Source of the DNA: a virus
Lineage: Duplodnaviria; Heunggongvirae; Uroviricota; Caudoviricetes
DNA: 64,000 bases
Direction: 5' to 3' (one strand)
Virus record (IMG/VR): IMGVR_UViG_3300043313_001192
Coordinates: 25,598 to 89,597 of that record
Numbering within the stretch: the first letter of the stretch is position 1; each line of letters starts with the position of its first letter. Shown here piece after piece: positions 1-9,310 of this stretch. Position numbers and translations under genes: made by a program. Under the pieces are notes generated by a model. That model worked only from the letters and a program-made list of their open reading frames with translations, was not told the origin of the DNA and ran no database searches.

Positions 1-2
1 TC

Positions 3-371
3 GCCCCCGTCGCCCCTGTCCTGTGCTCATGGTGCGACGCGCCTGCTACCCGCAACCTGGCCACCGCACTGGACCACGCGTGTGAGGCTCACTTCCTGCA
101 GTGGTTCGGTCCGAACCTCCCGACCGTCGACGGCGCCGACGTGCACCCGGACGCGTGCCCGCATGACACGTCCGACGCCACGCGCCTGCCCGGCGACACC
201 GTCGCGTCCGCATGGGAGTGCGACCAGTGCGGCCACCTCCGCCCGTTCACGCGCGAGGACTACGTGTTCTGCAACGCCTCGCCGTGGACGCCCCGCGCGC
301 CGGAGGGCATCTCGCGCCTCGCGTGGATGCTCACGCCGCGCGAGGCGCGCCTCGCGCACTACGCCGCCTGA
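3..371 (+). CDS. hypothetical protein, 5'-partial, two CxxC motifs
   Basis: Frame open from the window start (APVAPVLCSWCDAP...WECDQCGH...), stop at 369-371. Confidence 0.55.
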   Translation, partial: APVAPVLCSWCDAPATRNLATALDHACEAHFLQWFGPNLPTVDGADVHPDACPHDTSDATRLPGDTVASAWECDQCGHLRPFTREDYVFCNASPWTPRAPEGISRLAWMLTPREARLAHYAA

Positions 372-433
372 TCCCACCCGCTCACGCGGGGCGCCATCCG
401 GCGCCCCGCACCCTGCCCCGAAAGGCCCCCGTC

Positions 434-781
434 ATGACCCGCACTGCCCCCGTTCACGCCGCCACCCGCGACGAGATTCTCGCGACCCGCACCGGGTCCC
501 TCGCGACCTACTCCGCCACGTCCGACAACGGGCAGGCGTACGCCGTGGTCGGACCGGTACCGGGCGACCCCGACCGGATCTATGTGATCGGCCGCGCGGG
601 CACAGCGTCCGCCGGTCTGGTCATTCTGGTCACCCGCACCGGCCGCGTGGACGTGCCCGGCAAGGGCGCACAGGTGCGCGTCCGGTTCGACTTCCCGCGT
701 GACACCAATGACGCGGGTGGGACCCTCGCGTTCGACGCGGGTCACGTGGGAGGCGTCGCCCCGCGCGTGCTCTTCGGCTGA
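434..781 (+). CDS. hypothetical protein
   Basis: ATG after GAAAGG; followed by hairpin 802-831. Confidence 0.65.
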   Translation: MTRTAPVHAATRDEILATRTGSLATYSATSDNGQAYAVVGPVPGDPDRIYVIGRAGTASAGLVILVTRTGRVDVPGKGAQVRVRFDFPRDTNDAGGTLAFDAGHVGGVAPRVLFG

Positions 782-801
782 CACCGGGCACGCGCGGCAC
801 G

Positions 802-831
802 CGCCCCGGATCCCGTGGGGGGATCCGGGGC
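802..831 (+). terminator. GC-rich hairpin, putative terminator
   Basis: CGCCCCGGATCCC-GTGG-GGGATCCGGGGCG, 13-bp perfect stem after a stop codon. Confidence 0.65.
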
Positions 832-902
832 GCCGACGCGTCCGGCGCGAGGGCAGCTACTGACGTTTACGCAGGGCGCCGTACGCCGCGCCCCGACCCG
901 GT

Positions 903-944
903 TTGACGCAACGTTGTTGTGTCCTGTAGGCTGACGTAGTCAGC
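903..944 (+). promoter_or_regulatory. housekeeping-sigma-type promoter with overlapping hairpin (type example of ~18-20 early promoters)
   Basis: TTGACG(903)-N18-TAGGCT(927) then GCTGAC-GTA-GTCAGC. Equivalent -10 hexamers start at 1607, 2372, 2987, 3956, 4656, 5454, 6305, 7009, 7769, 8533, 9263, 10321, 11157, 12085, 13242, 14369, 15345, 16949, 19629, 21552, usually preceded by TGTG/TGGTG. Confidence 0.75.
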
Positions 945-971
945 CCAACCCGAACCCCCCTTGGAGTCCTC

Positions 972-1196
972 ATGTCGAACCTCACCGCTGCCCTGCCCGT
1001 CACCGTCGCCGTCTCGGAGCGTGGCGCCGTGCTCATCGAGTCGGGCACCCGCACGGTCGCGATGTCGCCGTTCAGCGAGCGGGCACGCCGCCTCACCCTC
1101 GACTTCGGACCGGGGACCTACGTCCTCGCCACCGACGTCGACGTCGAGGACCTGCCCACCACGGTCGCCGACGACCTCGCCGACGCCCTCGCCTGA
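972..1196 (+). CDS. hypothetical protein
   Basis: GGAG RBS, first gene of a cassette. Confidence 0.7.
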   Translation: MSNLTAALPVTVAVSERGAVLIESGTRTVAMSPFSERARRLTLDFGPGTYVLATDVDVEDLPTTVADDLADALA

Positions 1197-1257
1197 CCCG
1201 CTCGCCCCTCGCGGGGGAGCATCCGCTCCCCCGCTCCCTGCCTCGAAAGGTTCCGCC

Positions 1258-1491
1258 ATGATCACCCTCACCCGCGAGTCCCCCACCTGCTACACGTTCA
1301 GCGCGCAGGAGGGCGACCTCACCGCCACCCTGGTCAAGTCCAGCGACAACGCCCGCTTCGGACAGGGCGCGTGGATGTGGAGCGTCGACGTCTGCGGCGC
1401 GCCTATCTCCACCGGGTCGGCTCCCTTCCGCGAGGCACGCGCCACGGTCGTCGCTGCCCTCGAATCCGTCGCCCCTGCCTTCACTGCCTGA
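1258..1491 (+). CDS. hypothetical protein
   Basis: GAAAGG RBS, MITLTRESP... Confidence 0.65.
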   Translation: MITLTRESPTCYTFSAQEGDLTATLVKSSDNARFGQGAWMWSVDVCGAPISTGSAPFREARATVVAALESVAPAFTA

Positions 1492-1650
1492 CGCCCCGCG
1501 CGCCCCGCGCGCCCCGACCCCGAAAGGGGGAAACAGCTACTGACGTTTACGCAGGGCGCCCCCTCGCCCCCGCGCGACCCGGTTCGCGATTGTCGGGACA
1601 GTGAGGTAGACTGACGTAGTCAGCCCAAACCGAAACCCTCTGGAGTCACC

Positions 1651-1938
1651 ATGTCCCTCGCCCCCGCCACCGACGCCCCCGTCTGGTCCGTTGTCGACGC
1701 TGACGACCGGTTCCCCGGTCGCTTCGACGCCCACGTCACCGCGATCACGATGGGTGGGATCGAGTTCCGCGTCCGGATCACGCCCGGTGACCGGGACACG
1801 TACCTCGCCCCCGGCTTCACCGCCGATATCGACGGGGGACGCGGCCACCAGTGGACGCTGACGGTCCCCGGCGCGGGCCTCGACCGCCTCAAGGCTGCCG
1901 TGGTCGACGACCTCGCCGACGAACTGAAGGGGTGGTGA
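1651..1938 (+). CDS. hypothetical protein
   Basis: GGAG RBS after cassette promoter. Confidence 0.7.
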   Translation: MSLAPATDAPVWSVVDADDRFPGRFDAHVTAITMGGIEFRVRITPGDRDTYLAPGFTADIDGGRGHQWTLTVPGAGLDRLKAAVVDDLADELKGW

Positions 1939-1940
1939 GC

Positions 1941-2195
1941 ATGAAGGTCACGCCCGCTCAACTCGACACGCTCCGCACGGCTATCGCGCCGCTCGACACC
2001 GACACGGTCCGCGCGCGGTACCGCGCGGGTGACTTCCCGCGCGCCGCTCTGGTCCAGGACCTCGACAAGCGCTACCGGTGGGACCTGCTGCACGCGGCCA
2101 CGGCAGGCACGACGATCGTCCCCGACCTGTACGACGCGGGATGCCACGACGCGCATATCGACACTGCCTTGCGCGCCGTGGTCACGCCCCTCTAG
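1941..2195 (+). CDS. hypothetical protein
   Basis: ATG 2 nt after previous stop, MKVTPAQLD... Confidence 0.7.
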   Translation: MKVTPAQLDTLRTAIAPLDTDTVRARYRAGDFPRAALVQDLDKRYRWDLLHAATAGTTIVPDLYDAGCHDAHIDTALRAVVTPL

Positions 2196-2410
2196 CGTCC
2201 CCGAACGTGGCGCGTGTGGGCTGACACTTCGCGCGCCACCCGAACCCCCGCTGTGACGACCCCGGCGGGGGTTTCGTGCGCCTGCTCGCGCCGGAGCGGA
2301 GCTACTGACGTTTACGCAGGGCAGGCTGACCCGCGCCGATGTCCGATTTGCTTCCTGTCGGGAGGGTGGGATAGGCTGACGTAGTCAGCCCAACCACTCA
2401 AGGAGTCCCC

Positions 2411-2839
2411 ATGGCCACCACCTCGCCCCGCGCCTCGCGCCGCCCGACCACGCTCGCCACCACCGACCGCGACGAGGCTCTCAACGGCCTGTTCACGACC
2501 GCGCTGGAGGGTGGCATCGGCTACTGGTCCACGTGCTCGGTCTACCACTGGGGCATCGACGTCGACGGTCGGCTCCGCGAGGCCAAGGACTTCATCGCGG
2601 TCGTGGAGGACTCCGAGTCCGAGGACGGTCCGGAGTACGTGATCGACCGCCACGTGATCCGGATCGGCGCGGCGCGCCTGTACCGCCACCTGATCGGTCT
2701 GGGCGAGCAGGCCAACTCCTACCACCTCGCCGCGATGCGCGACTTCGCCCGTGGCAACTGGGGCGACCTCGACTACGACTCGGACACGGCCGACATGGTC
2801 GTCCAGTTCGGACTCTTCGGGGAGTTGGTCTACAACTGA
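2411..2839 (+). CDS. hypothetical protein
   Basis: AAGGAG RBS after cassette promoter. Confidence 0.75.
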   Translation: MATTSPRASRRPTTLATTDRDEALNGLFTTALEGGIGYWSTCSVYHWGIDVDGRLREAKDFIAVVEDSESEDGPEYVIDRHVIRIGAARLYRHLIGLGEQANSYHLAAMRDFARGNWGDLDYDSDTADMVVQFGLFGELVYN

Positions 2840-2856
2840 CCCACCCGCTCGGCCGC

Positions 2857-2894
2857 TCGGCCCGATCCCCGCGAGGGGGTCGGGCCGATTTTTT
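2857..2894 (+). terminator. intrinsic terminator
   Basis: TCGGCCCGA...TCGGGCCGA stem followed by TTTTTT. Confidence 0.8.
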
Positions 2895-3027
2895 CGCCCT
2901 CCCCCTCACTGACGTTTACGCAGAGCTGGTCCCTGGCCGCACGCCCGACGCGCGACCTCGATTCGCGTTGTGTCTGGAGGGTGTGCTAGGCTGACGTAGT
3001 CAGCCCCACCGAACAGAGGATCCCCCC

Positions 3028-3531
3028 ATGAGCGTCGCCTTCTCCATCGAGTCCAACTTCACCGGCGCCTTCACCGCGCACTGCTACGACCTCGACCTCA
3101 CGCTCGGCCCGGTGGTCGGGCACGAGTCGATCCTCCCGCTGATCGCGGCGCACAAGGCGGAGTGCGACGAGTGCTCGGCCTACGGCATGTACTCGCAGGC
3201 CGTGCTCGACGTGGACGACACGCTCGACCTCAACGTCTCCAACCTCAACGCGCGCACCCTGCTGATCGCGCTCGGGCTGGACGATGAGGGTGACCTCTGC
3301 GGGACGCTCGACGGCGAGGACTTCCTCGGCCGGGTCCTGCTCGCGCTCGCCACCGACCGCGACGACTCGGGCGTGCCGTACGCGGTCGTCGGTGGCGCGG
3401 AGGTCGGCCAGTCCGGCGCGACCGTGATCGACTGCGGCCGGTCGGTGGGCTACTTCGCGGACCGGTTCGGCGCGCTGCACGCGCTCGCGCTGGAGGCGGT
3501 CCGGCTCGGCCGTGGGATCCAGTGGTCCTAG
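3028..3531 (+). CDS. hypothetical protein
   Basis: AGAGGA RBS after cassette promoter. Confidence 0.75.
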   Translation: MSVAFSIESNFTGAFTAHCYDLDLTLGPVVGHESILPLIAAHKAECDECSAYGMYSQAVLDVDDTLDLNVSNLNARTLLIALGLDDEGDLCGTLDGEDFLGRVLLALATDRDDSGVPYAVVGGAEVGQSGATVIDCGRSVGYFADRFGALHALALEAVRLGRGIQWS

Positions 3532-3596
3532 GCCGGACGCGCACCGACGCACCGGAGCCCCTCGCCGGGTCCGGTGCGTCGTGCGTTCAGCTCCGG

Positions 3597-3803
3597 CTAG
3601 AAGTAGCCGGGCGTGTCCTTCTTGGGCGCGTCCATGTCGTCGCGGGTGTGCTCGCCCTTCTTCACCGGGTCCGCCTCGTCCTGCAGGTAATACTCCTGCT
3701 CGCGGGCGTTGGCGTGCTCGTGCCCCGGCTTCTGCGTCCGGGTGCCGGGGAGGTCGTCCCAGGAGTCCGGGTAGGTGCTGGCCTCGTTGCTCGACTGGCT
3801 CAT
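3597..3803 (-). CDS. small hydrophilic hypothetical protein, antisense to the early region
   Basis: GAGAGG RBS on the minus strand, 68 aa, acidic/hydrophilic. Confidence 0.6.
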   Translation of the reverse strand: MSQSSNEASTYPDSWDDLPGTRTQKPGHEHANAREQEYYLQDEADPVKKGEHTRDDMDAPKKDTPGYF

Positions 3804-4073
3804 GACGGGTTCCTCTCGGGGGTGGTCCCTGCCCTTGCAGGGTACGCGCTCGCGGCGTGGTTAGCGATACACCAGGCACTGACGTTTACGCAGGCCAGGC
3901 CCCGACGATCGGGAGCGTAGAGCCCCGACGATTGGTAGCGGACGCAACGGTGTGGTACGCTTACTTCAGTAAGCGAGACACCCGCTACGGATGCGAAACC
4001 GTGGGGTCTGACTGGAATCTCAGACCGGGGGTCCCGCTCACTCCCCCGCCACATCGACGCAAGGACACAGACC

Positions 4074-4412
4074 ATGACCGAGACCGTGACCCTCCTCCCG
4101 ACCGTGCGCATCCACCGCGTGCTGTTCCTTGAGGAGGACGTGTGGGAGGGCGACTTCCCCCGCGACAACGTCCGCACCGAGGACTTCGACTTCGACCCGG
4201 CCACCGAGACCGAGGAGGAGATTCTCGACGGCGCCGTGCGCGTGTTCGAGCGGGAGGGCCTGACGTTCTCGGCCACCGGCAACGACTGGGCCGCTAACCC
4301 TGACGGCACCGTGATCGTCAACTACGCCACCGCGCAGCGCGAGGAGGTCACCGGTCACCTCATCGGTTTCACCGACGAGCAGGCCGCGACGATCATCGAG
4401 CGGGTGGGCTGA
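4074..4412 (+). CDS. hypothetical acidic protein
   Basis: AAGGAC RBS. Confidence 0.75.
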   Translation: MTETVTLLPTVRIHRVLFLEEDVWEGDFPRDNVRTEDFDFDPATETEEEILDGAVRVFEREGLTFSATGNDWAANPDGTVIVNYATAQREEVTGHLIGFTDEQAATIIERVG

Positions 4413-4694
4413 TAGCGATCCTGCGCTGAGCCGCCTAGGCTGAGGCCCGTAGCCGCAAGTCCCCCCGACGACGCGGCTGCGGGTCCCTCGCGTGGTCGGG
4501 GTGCACCCCGGCTGCTGACCCGAGACAGCGCCGGAGGACTCCCTCCCAGGACGCCCCGTTTCCCCCACGCGAGGGATCCCCTCCCCACTGACGTTTACGC
4601 AGAGCTGCCCGTCGCCGGGGCGTGCGCTGCGGGTGCGCTGTTGATCGTGGTGTGGTAGGCTTACGTCAGTAAGCCAACGACGTAAGGACACCCG

Positions 4695-4862
4695 ATGAAC
4701 GACCACCTCCGCCTCACCGCCCGCCTGATCGCCCTGCTGCTGGGCGTGCTGGCCGTGGCCCTCGCCCTGACCGGGGTCTACCTGATCGACTTCCGTAGCG
4801 ACTGCCACGACGACGGCGGGCACTTCAGCGTCGACGGCGCGACGGCGTGGTGTCGGTACTGA
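4695..4862 (+). CDS. small membrane protein
   Basis: AACGACGTAAGGAC start motif; one hydrophobic helix (LIALLLGVLAVALALTGVYLI). Confidence 0.65.
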   Translation: MNDHLRLTARLIALLLGVLAVALALTGVYLIDFRSDCHDDGGHFSVDGATAWCRY

Positions 4863-5317
4863 TGGGCACCCCGATCACCGGCCCGCGTGCCGACAAGCAT
4901 GGCAACCTGATCGCCCGCGAGGGACAAGACCGCTGCGGCTGCGGCGTCAAGTACTGGGAGAACGACCACTGCACCGACTGCGGCACGCACGTGCGGCACG
5001 CGATCCAGCCGGAACTGCCCGAGACCCCGAACCCGGTCATCGCGATGGTCGCCGCTGACGATGTCGAGCACGACCCGTGGGGCACCGCGATGGGCTGGGC
5101 GTTCGCGGTGGCCGAGAACCTGCACTTCCGCGCCGATGCGCCAGTGCCGGACTCGCTCGGCTACCGGCCCGCCATGGGCGCGACCGATATCGAGGACGAG
5201 GACTATCAGGCGACCATCATCGCCGAGGAGGATTACGACGTGGTCGTGCTGACCGAGGCTGCGGAGATGCTCAGCGTGTTCCTCGATGAATGCAAGCGGC
5301 TCGGGAAGGACTACTGA
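4862..5317 (+). CDS. hypothetical protein with Cys-rich zinc-binding motif
   Basis: TGATG coupling; CGCG...CTDCG. Confidence 0.65.
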   Translation: MGTPITGPRADKHGNLIAREGQDRCGCGVKYWENDHCTDCGTHVRHAIQPELPETPNPVIAMVAADDVEHDPWGTAMGWAFAVAENLHFRADAPVPDSLGYRPAMGATDIEDEDYQATIIAEEDYDVVVLTEAAEMLSVFLDECKRLGKDY

Positions 5318-5494
5318 AGGGAGGCCGGGACACCGGCGCGCCAGCTGAAGGCCAGCTGGCGCGCGGTGGAACGTCACTGACGTTTACGCAGGCACCGGCG
5401 GCCTGGCGCCGCGGCCGTCGGCCCTCGATGGCGTGACGGTCGGGAGGGTGTGGTATGCTGACGTAGTCAGCAAGACACAACGACGGAGGACGAG

Positions 5495-5665
5495 ATGCCC
5501 AGCATGACCACGGCGGCCAAGCACGGCGGCGCGAACCTCGCGCTCGCCAAGGCGATGGTCGGCAAGCGCTCCAGCGGTGCCGCTGGTCCGCACGCCGACA
5601 AGCGTGCCAAGCGTGCCCGCACCCGCAGCGCGCAGCGCGCCCGCGTCCTGAAGGACTGGGCGTGA
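5495..5665 (+). CDS. small basic protein
   Basis: AACGACGGAGGAC start motif; Arg/Lys/Ala-rich 56 aa. Confidence 0.6.
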   Translation: MPSMTTAAKHGGANLALAKAMVGKRSSGAAGPHADKRAKRARTRSAQRARVLKDWA

Positions 5666-6045
5666 AGGAGGACGCTGCCTACAGCCTGGCGACCTGGATC
5701 GTGATGGTCGTGGGCTTCCTGATCGGCGGCGTGATGGGCGCCTTCAAGTCGCTGCTGGGATTCCTGGCCCTCGCTGCCGTGCTGGCCGTGGGCGCGCCGC
5801 TGGTCTACATCGCCGTGGTGGTGCTCTGGCTGACGGGCGTGACCGTGACCGCGTGCACGTCCGGACTCATCCGAGGGCTCACCGACTCCGAGGGTGGCCC
5901 GGTGGTCACCGGCGGCGTGCTGCTGATCGGTGCCACGCTGGTCGCGCTGACCGTCACCGGGAACGGGCTGCTCGCGCTCGCGATCGGGATCGGGCTGCCG
6001 GTCGGGTTCTGGTACTGGAAGCGCCCGACGATCACGGTGGCCTGA
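5662..6045 (+). CDS. multi-pass membrane protein
   Basis: GTGA coupling; about 4 hydrophobic segments. Confidence 0.7.
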   Translation: MKEDAAYSLATWIVMVVGFLIGGVMGAFKSLLGFLALAAVLAVGAPLVYIAVVVLWLTGVTVTACTSGLIRGLTDSEGGPVVTGGVLLIGATLVALTVTGNGLLALAIGIGLPVGFWYWKRPTITVA

Positions 6046-6345
6046 ACGCACGAATCCCGGCTAGATACACGAGGTGCCTAGCCGGGATTCGCTCTGCCTT
6101 CACCGTCTTTGGTCTGGGCCGAAGCCCTTCACATCGACGGATCTGACTGCAGCCTTTGCCTTCACGCTCAAGGTCCCGAAGGACCGAGTGCTCTCCGGCT
6201 CTGGCAGGTCCCCAACATATCCAGCCCGCGCCGGAGCGCGCAACCCCTCACTGACGTTTACGCAGCTCCCACCGTGGTGATTCGCGATCGTCGGGACGGT
6301 GTGGTACGCTTTCCTTGAAAGCGAACGACAACGACGGAGGACACC

Positions 6346-6888
6346 ATGCAGGACTTCTTCACCCACACCGAGGCGGACGCCGGTGCATGGGACCGCAACC
6401 ACCTGGAGGCCGACGACTTCAGCGACGCACCCTCGCGCGCCGAGGCCGAGGCGGATCTGGCTGCTGACGCCGCCGACGCCTATCACGCCGGTCCGGACAC
6501 GGTGGTCGGTTACGGCATCCGCTGCGCCCACTGCCACAACCGTCACGAGACCATCGCTGACGTCCGCTGGTGCAGCGACCTTCAGGCCGAGTACCGCGCC
6601 GAGGCGCTGGCCGAGCAGGCCGCCGAGGCTCGCGCGGAGCGCTACTTCGAGGAGGGTCCCGAGTCCTTCCAGATGATGCGTGCCGCCGAAGAGGCCCACG
6701 ATCAGGCCCGCGCGTGGAACGACCCGTGGATCACCGGCGAGCCGCCCGCGACCACCACGATCAACCACGGCAACAGCGGAGCCTGCGAGGGCGGGGCCTG
6801 CTCGTGGCACGACAAGTGCCGCAAGCACCGCGAGCAGGACGTCGCCAACGGCGACCGGCTCGGCAACTTCCGCGCCTACAACGACTGA
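6346..6888 (+). CDS. hypothetical protein
   Basis: GGAGGAC RBS; CxxC-H motif. Confidence 0.7.
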   Translation: MQDFFTHTEADAGAWDRNHLEADDFSDAPSRAEAEADLAADAADAYHAGPDTVVGYGIRCAHCHNRHETIADVRWCSDLQAEYRAEALAEQAAEARAERYFEEGPESFQMMRAAEEAHDQARAWNDPWITGEPPATTTINHGNSGACEGGACSWHDKCRKHREQDVANGDRLGNFRAYND

Positions 6889-7046
6889 GGTGCGGCCGGG
6901 CGCCTGGCCACGCGCCGAGCGTCAGAACGTCACTGACGTTTACGCAGCTGGCCCCGCCTGGCCGCGGGTACGACTCCCGCCTGATAGCCCGACGTCTGGA
7001 CAGTGTGGTAAACTCTCCTTGTACGCAAACGACGAAGGGACACCCC

Positions 7047-7523
7047 ATGAAGATCCACTCCGACTCGGTCGAGTCGCTCGACATCCGCAAGGCCGCGACG
7101 CTCGCCGCCGTCGACTTCACCCGCTTCGACCTGAAGGGCTCGCGCTCACGTGCGCAGGGCTTCGACATCCTCCTGACCGGCAACTCCGGCCGTCGCCAGA
7201 ACGGCGGCGCGGATGAGGCGGCGTCGTGGGACCAGTGGGGAATCTTCCTCGGTCACCTCTACCGGCTCGACCCGAACCTGAAGACGCCCTACTACATCGA
7301 CGGGGACCACTTCGTCTGGGTCACCGGCAACCGGTTCACCCCCGACTTCACCGCCGGTGACTGCCACCGCCGCCACCGGTGGGGGATGGGTCGCCCCGCG
7401 ATCACCGGGGCCTACTCGGTCGCCGAGTGCGAAGAGGGCAAGGACCCGTGCGGCGCGGTCCAGCGCTGGATCATCCACCGCCACGGCCAGCCCGCCGTCA
7501 CGTGGGCAGACCTCAACCGCTGA
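7047..7523 (+). CDS. hypothetical protein
   Basis: AACGACGAAGGGAC start motif, MKIHSDSVES... Confidence 0.75.
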   Translation: MKIHSDSVESLDIRKAATLAAVDFTRFDLKGSRSRAQGFDILLTGNSGRRQNGGADEAASWDQWGIFLGHLYRLDPNLKTPYYIDGDHFVWVTGNRFTPDFTAGDCHRRHRWGMGRPAITGAYSVAECEEGKDPCGAVQRWIIHRHGQPAVTWADLNR

Positions 7524-7539
7524 GCGAGGCGGCGCGCGG

Positions 7540-7683
7540 CTAGTAGTACCGGTGCCGGGTGCCGCCGACGGGCACGAACCAGAGGACCAGCCCGACGATG
7601 ATCAGGATCGCCCCGATGATCGTCAGCCAGTAGATGCCGAGCACCAGGCCGAGCACCAGCAGGATGAGACCGAGGATGACCAT
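7540..7683 (-). CDS. small membrane protein resembling actinobacterial DUF6131 family
   Basis: MVILGLILLVLGLVLGIYWLTIIGAILIIVGLVLWFVPVGGTRHRYY; two TM helices plus PVGG-R-H-Y tail. Confidence 0.6.
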   Translation of the reverse strand: MVILGLILLVLGLVLGIYWLTIIGAILIIVGLVLWFVPVGGTRHRYY

Positions 7684-7816
7684 GCCCGCAGCCTACCGCT
7701 ACTGACGTTTACGCAGCTTTCCCACTGTGGTGGTCTAGTCCCGACTGGCGCGTGTCCGGACACTGGTGTATTGTTCTTCTTGTAAGAACAACGACGGACC
7801 GACCGAAGGACACACC

Positions 7817-8260
7817 ATGGACACCACGCACTACCTTGACCTCGTCGCGGGCGGCACCGACCACTTCACCGTGGAGTTCCACACCGACACCAAGCCTGCC
7901 GCTGCGCACAAGAGCAAGCGGCTCCGCAAGGTCGTCACGGCGGTCTGCATGACCGGCGCGTCCTACGCGAACCTGCGGGTGAACAAGGACAAGGAGACGG
8001 GTCCGCTGCCGTGGGGCACGTGGATGGACGGGGCCGAGCCGTTCGTGATCCAGCACAAGGGCAACGACTACGCCCGCCTGTACGTGATCGAGAACGGCGT
8101 GCGAGCGATCTACACCGTGGACGGCGAGGTCGTGAGCCGCGAGGACTACGAGTCCTTCCTGACGCCCTCGCAGCGCAACGCGCCGCGTCCGAACGGTGGC
8201 ACCATCACCGTCAAGATGAGCGGCGTGCGGCTGGTCGGAGAGCCAGCCTTCGGGCGCTGA
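7817..8260 (+). CDS. hypothetical protein
   Basis: GAAGGAC RBS, MDTTHYLDLV... Confidence 0.75.
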   Translation: MDTTHYLDLVAGGTDHFTVEFHTDTKPAAAHKSKRLRKVVTAVCMTGASYANLRVNKDKETGPLPWGTWMDGAEPFVIQHKGNDYARLYVIENGVRAIYTVDGEVVSREDYESFLTPSQRNAPRPNGGTITVKMSGVRLVGEPAFGR

Positions 8261-8571
8261 GGCGCCCCCACAGACTCCGCCCCTCGATAGGCGGGGCTGC
8301 ACTTCCCAAGGACCCGGTGAGAGGAAGCCGCGCAAGCGGGGGAAGGCTCACCGGCGAGGACGGTGGCAGCGACCTAATCAGTGGTTCGACCACATGGGTA
8401 TCGAGTGACACGTCCCGGCGCGCCCATGATCGCGCCGGGGCGTTACTCGTTCCGGCCCGAGCTACTGACGTTTACGCAGGGCGGCCCGCGGCGGCCCAGG
8501 CGCGTTGGCTTGTGGCCGTAGGGACAGTGTGGTATGCTTACGCAGTAAGCAAACGACGAAGGGACACCCCC

Positions 8572-9108
8572 ATGAGCCACTCCTCCACCCCCACCCGCAC
8601 GAACAAGTTCGGTGGCAAGTGCGCCGACTGCGGCGCGTGGGTCCTGCCCGGCGCAGGCACCCTGTCCGGCTCGCGCGGCGCATGGGTCACCCGGCACCTC
8701 GGCACCTGCCCGCCGCCCAAGGGCACCCCGACCAAGAACGCCGAGCCGGGCTACTACGTCCGCCCCGCCGACGGCCGCGCCGTGGTCGTGGTCGCGGGCA
8801 AGCGCCACCCCGAGCGCACCTACGGCAAGGTGCTCACCTTCCCGGCCGACGGCAGCCGCCCGTCGTGGGACTACGTGCGCGGCGCGGGCTACTCGGTCGC
8901 CGACCTGCGGCCGATGACCGCCGCCGACGCGGCCGAGATGGGCCTCTCGCACGGCTTCTGCATCCGCTGCTGCGCGCCCCTCGGTGGCGAGACGCTGAGC
9001 GCCGCCGTGTCCGCGCTCGTGGGCTACGGCGAGACCTGCGCCAAGCGGATGGGCTGGCCCTACCCGAAGGGCGTCGCGGCCCAGCGCGCCCGGCTCGCCG
9101 AGGGCTGA
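8572..9108 (+). CDS. zinc-finger protein, C-terminal DUF6011-like domain
   Basis: CADCG near the N-terminus; HGFCIRCCAPL...GYGETCAKRMG at the C-terminus. Confidence 0.65.
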   Translation: MSHSSTPTRTNKFGGKCADCGAWVLPGAGTLSGSRGAWVTRHLGTCPPPKGTPTKNAEPGYYVRPADGRAVVVVAGKRHPERTYGKVLTFPADGSRPSWDYVRGAGYSVADLRPMTAADAAEMGLSHGFCIRCCAPLGGETLSAAVSALVGYGETCAKRMGWPYPKGVAAQRARLAEG

Positions 9109-9120
9109 GCCCCAGCCACT

Positions 9121-9148
9121 GGCCCCGCACCCCGAGAGGGTGCGGGGC
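9121..9148 (+). terminator. hairpin terminator
   Basis: GGCCCCGCACCC-GAGA-GGGTGCGGGGCC. Confidence 0.7.
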
Positions 9149-9310
9149 CTTCGCGCGCCCCAGGCCCGGCGGCCCGCGCAACGTCACTGACGTTTACGCA
9201 GCTGCCCAACCCTCAAGCGCGCCTTCAGCGTTGCGCAGTTGTGCGTCGTCTGGACAGTGTGGTATGCTTACTTCAGTAAGCGACACAGAGACAACCGAAG
9301 GGAAACCCCC

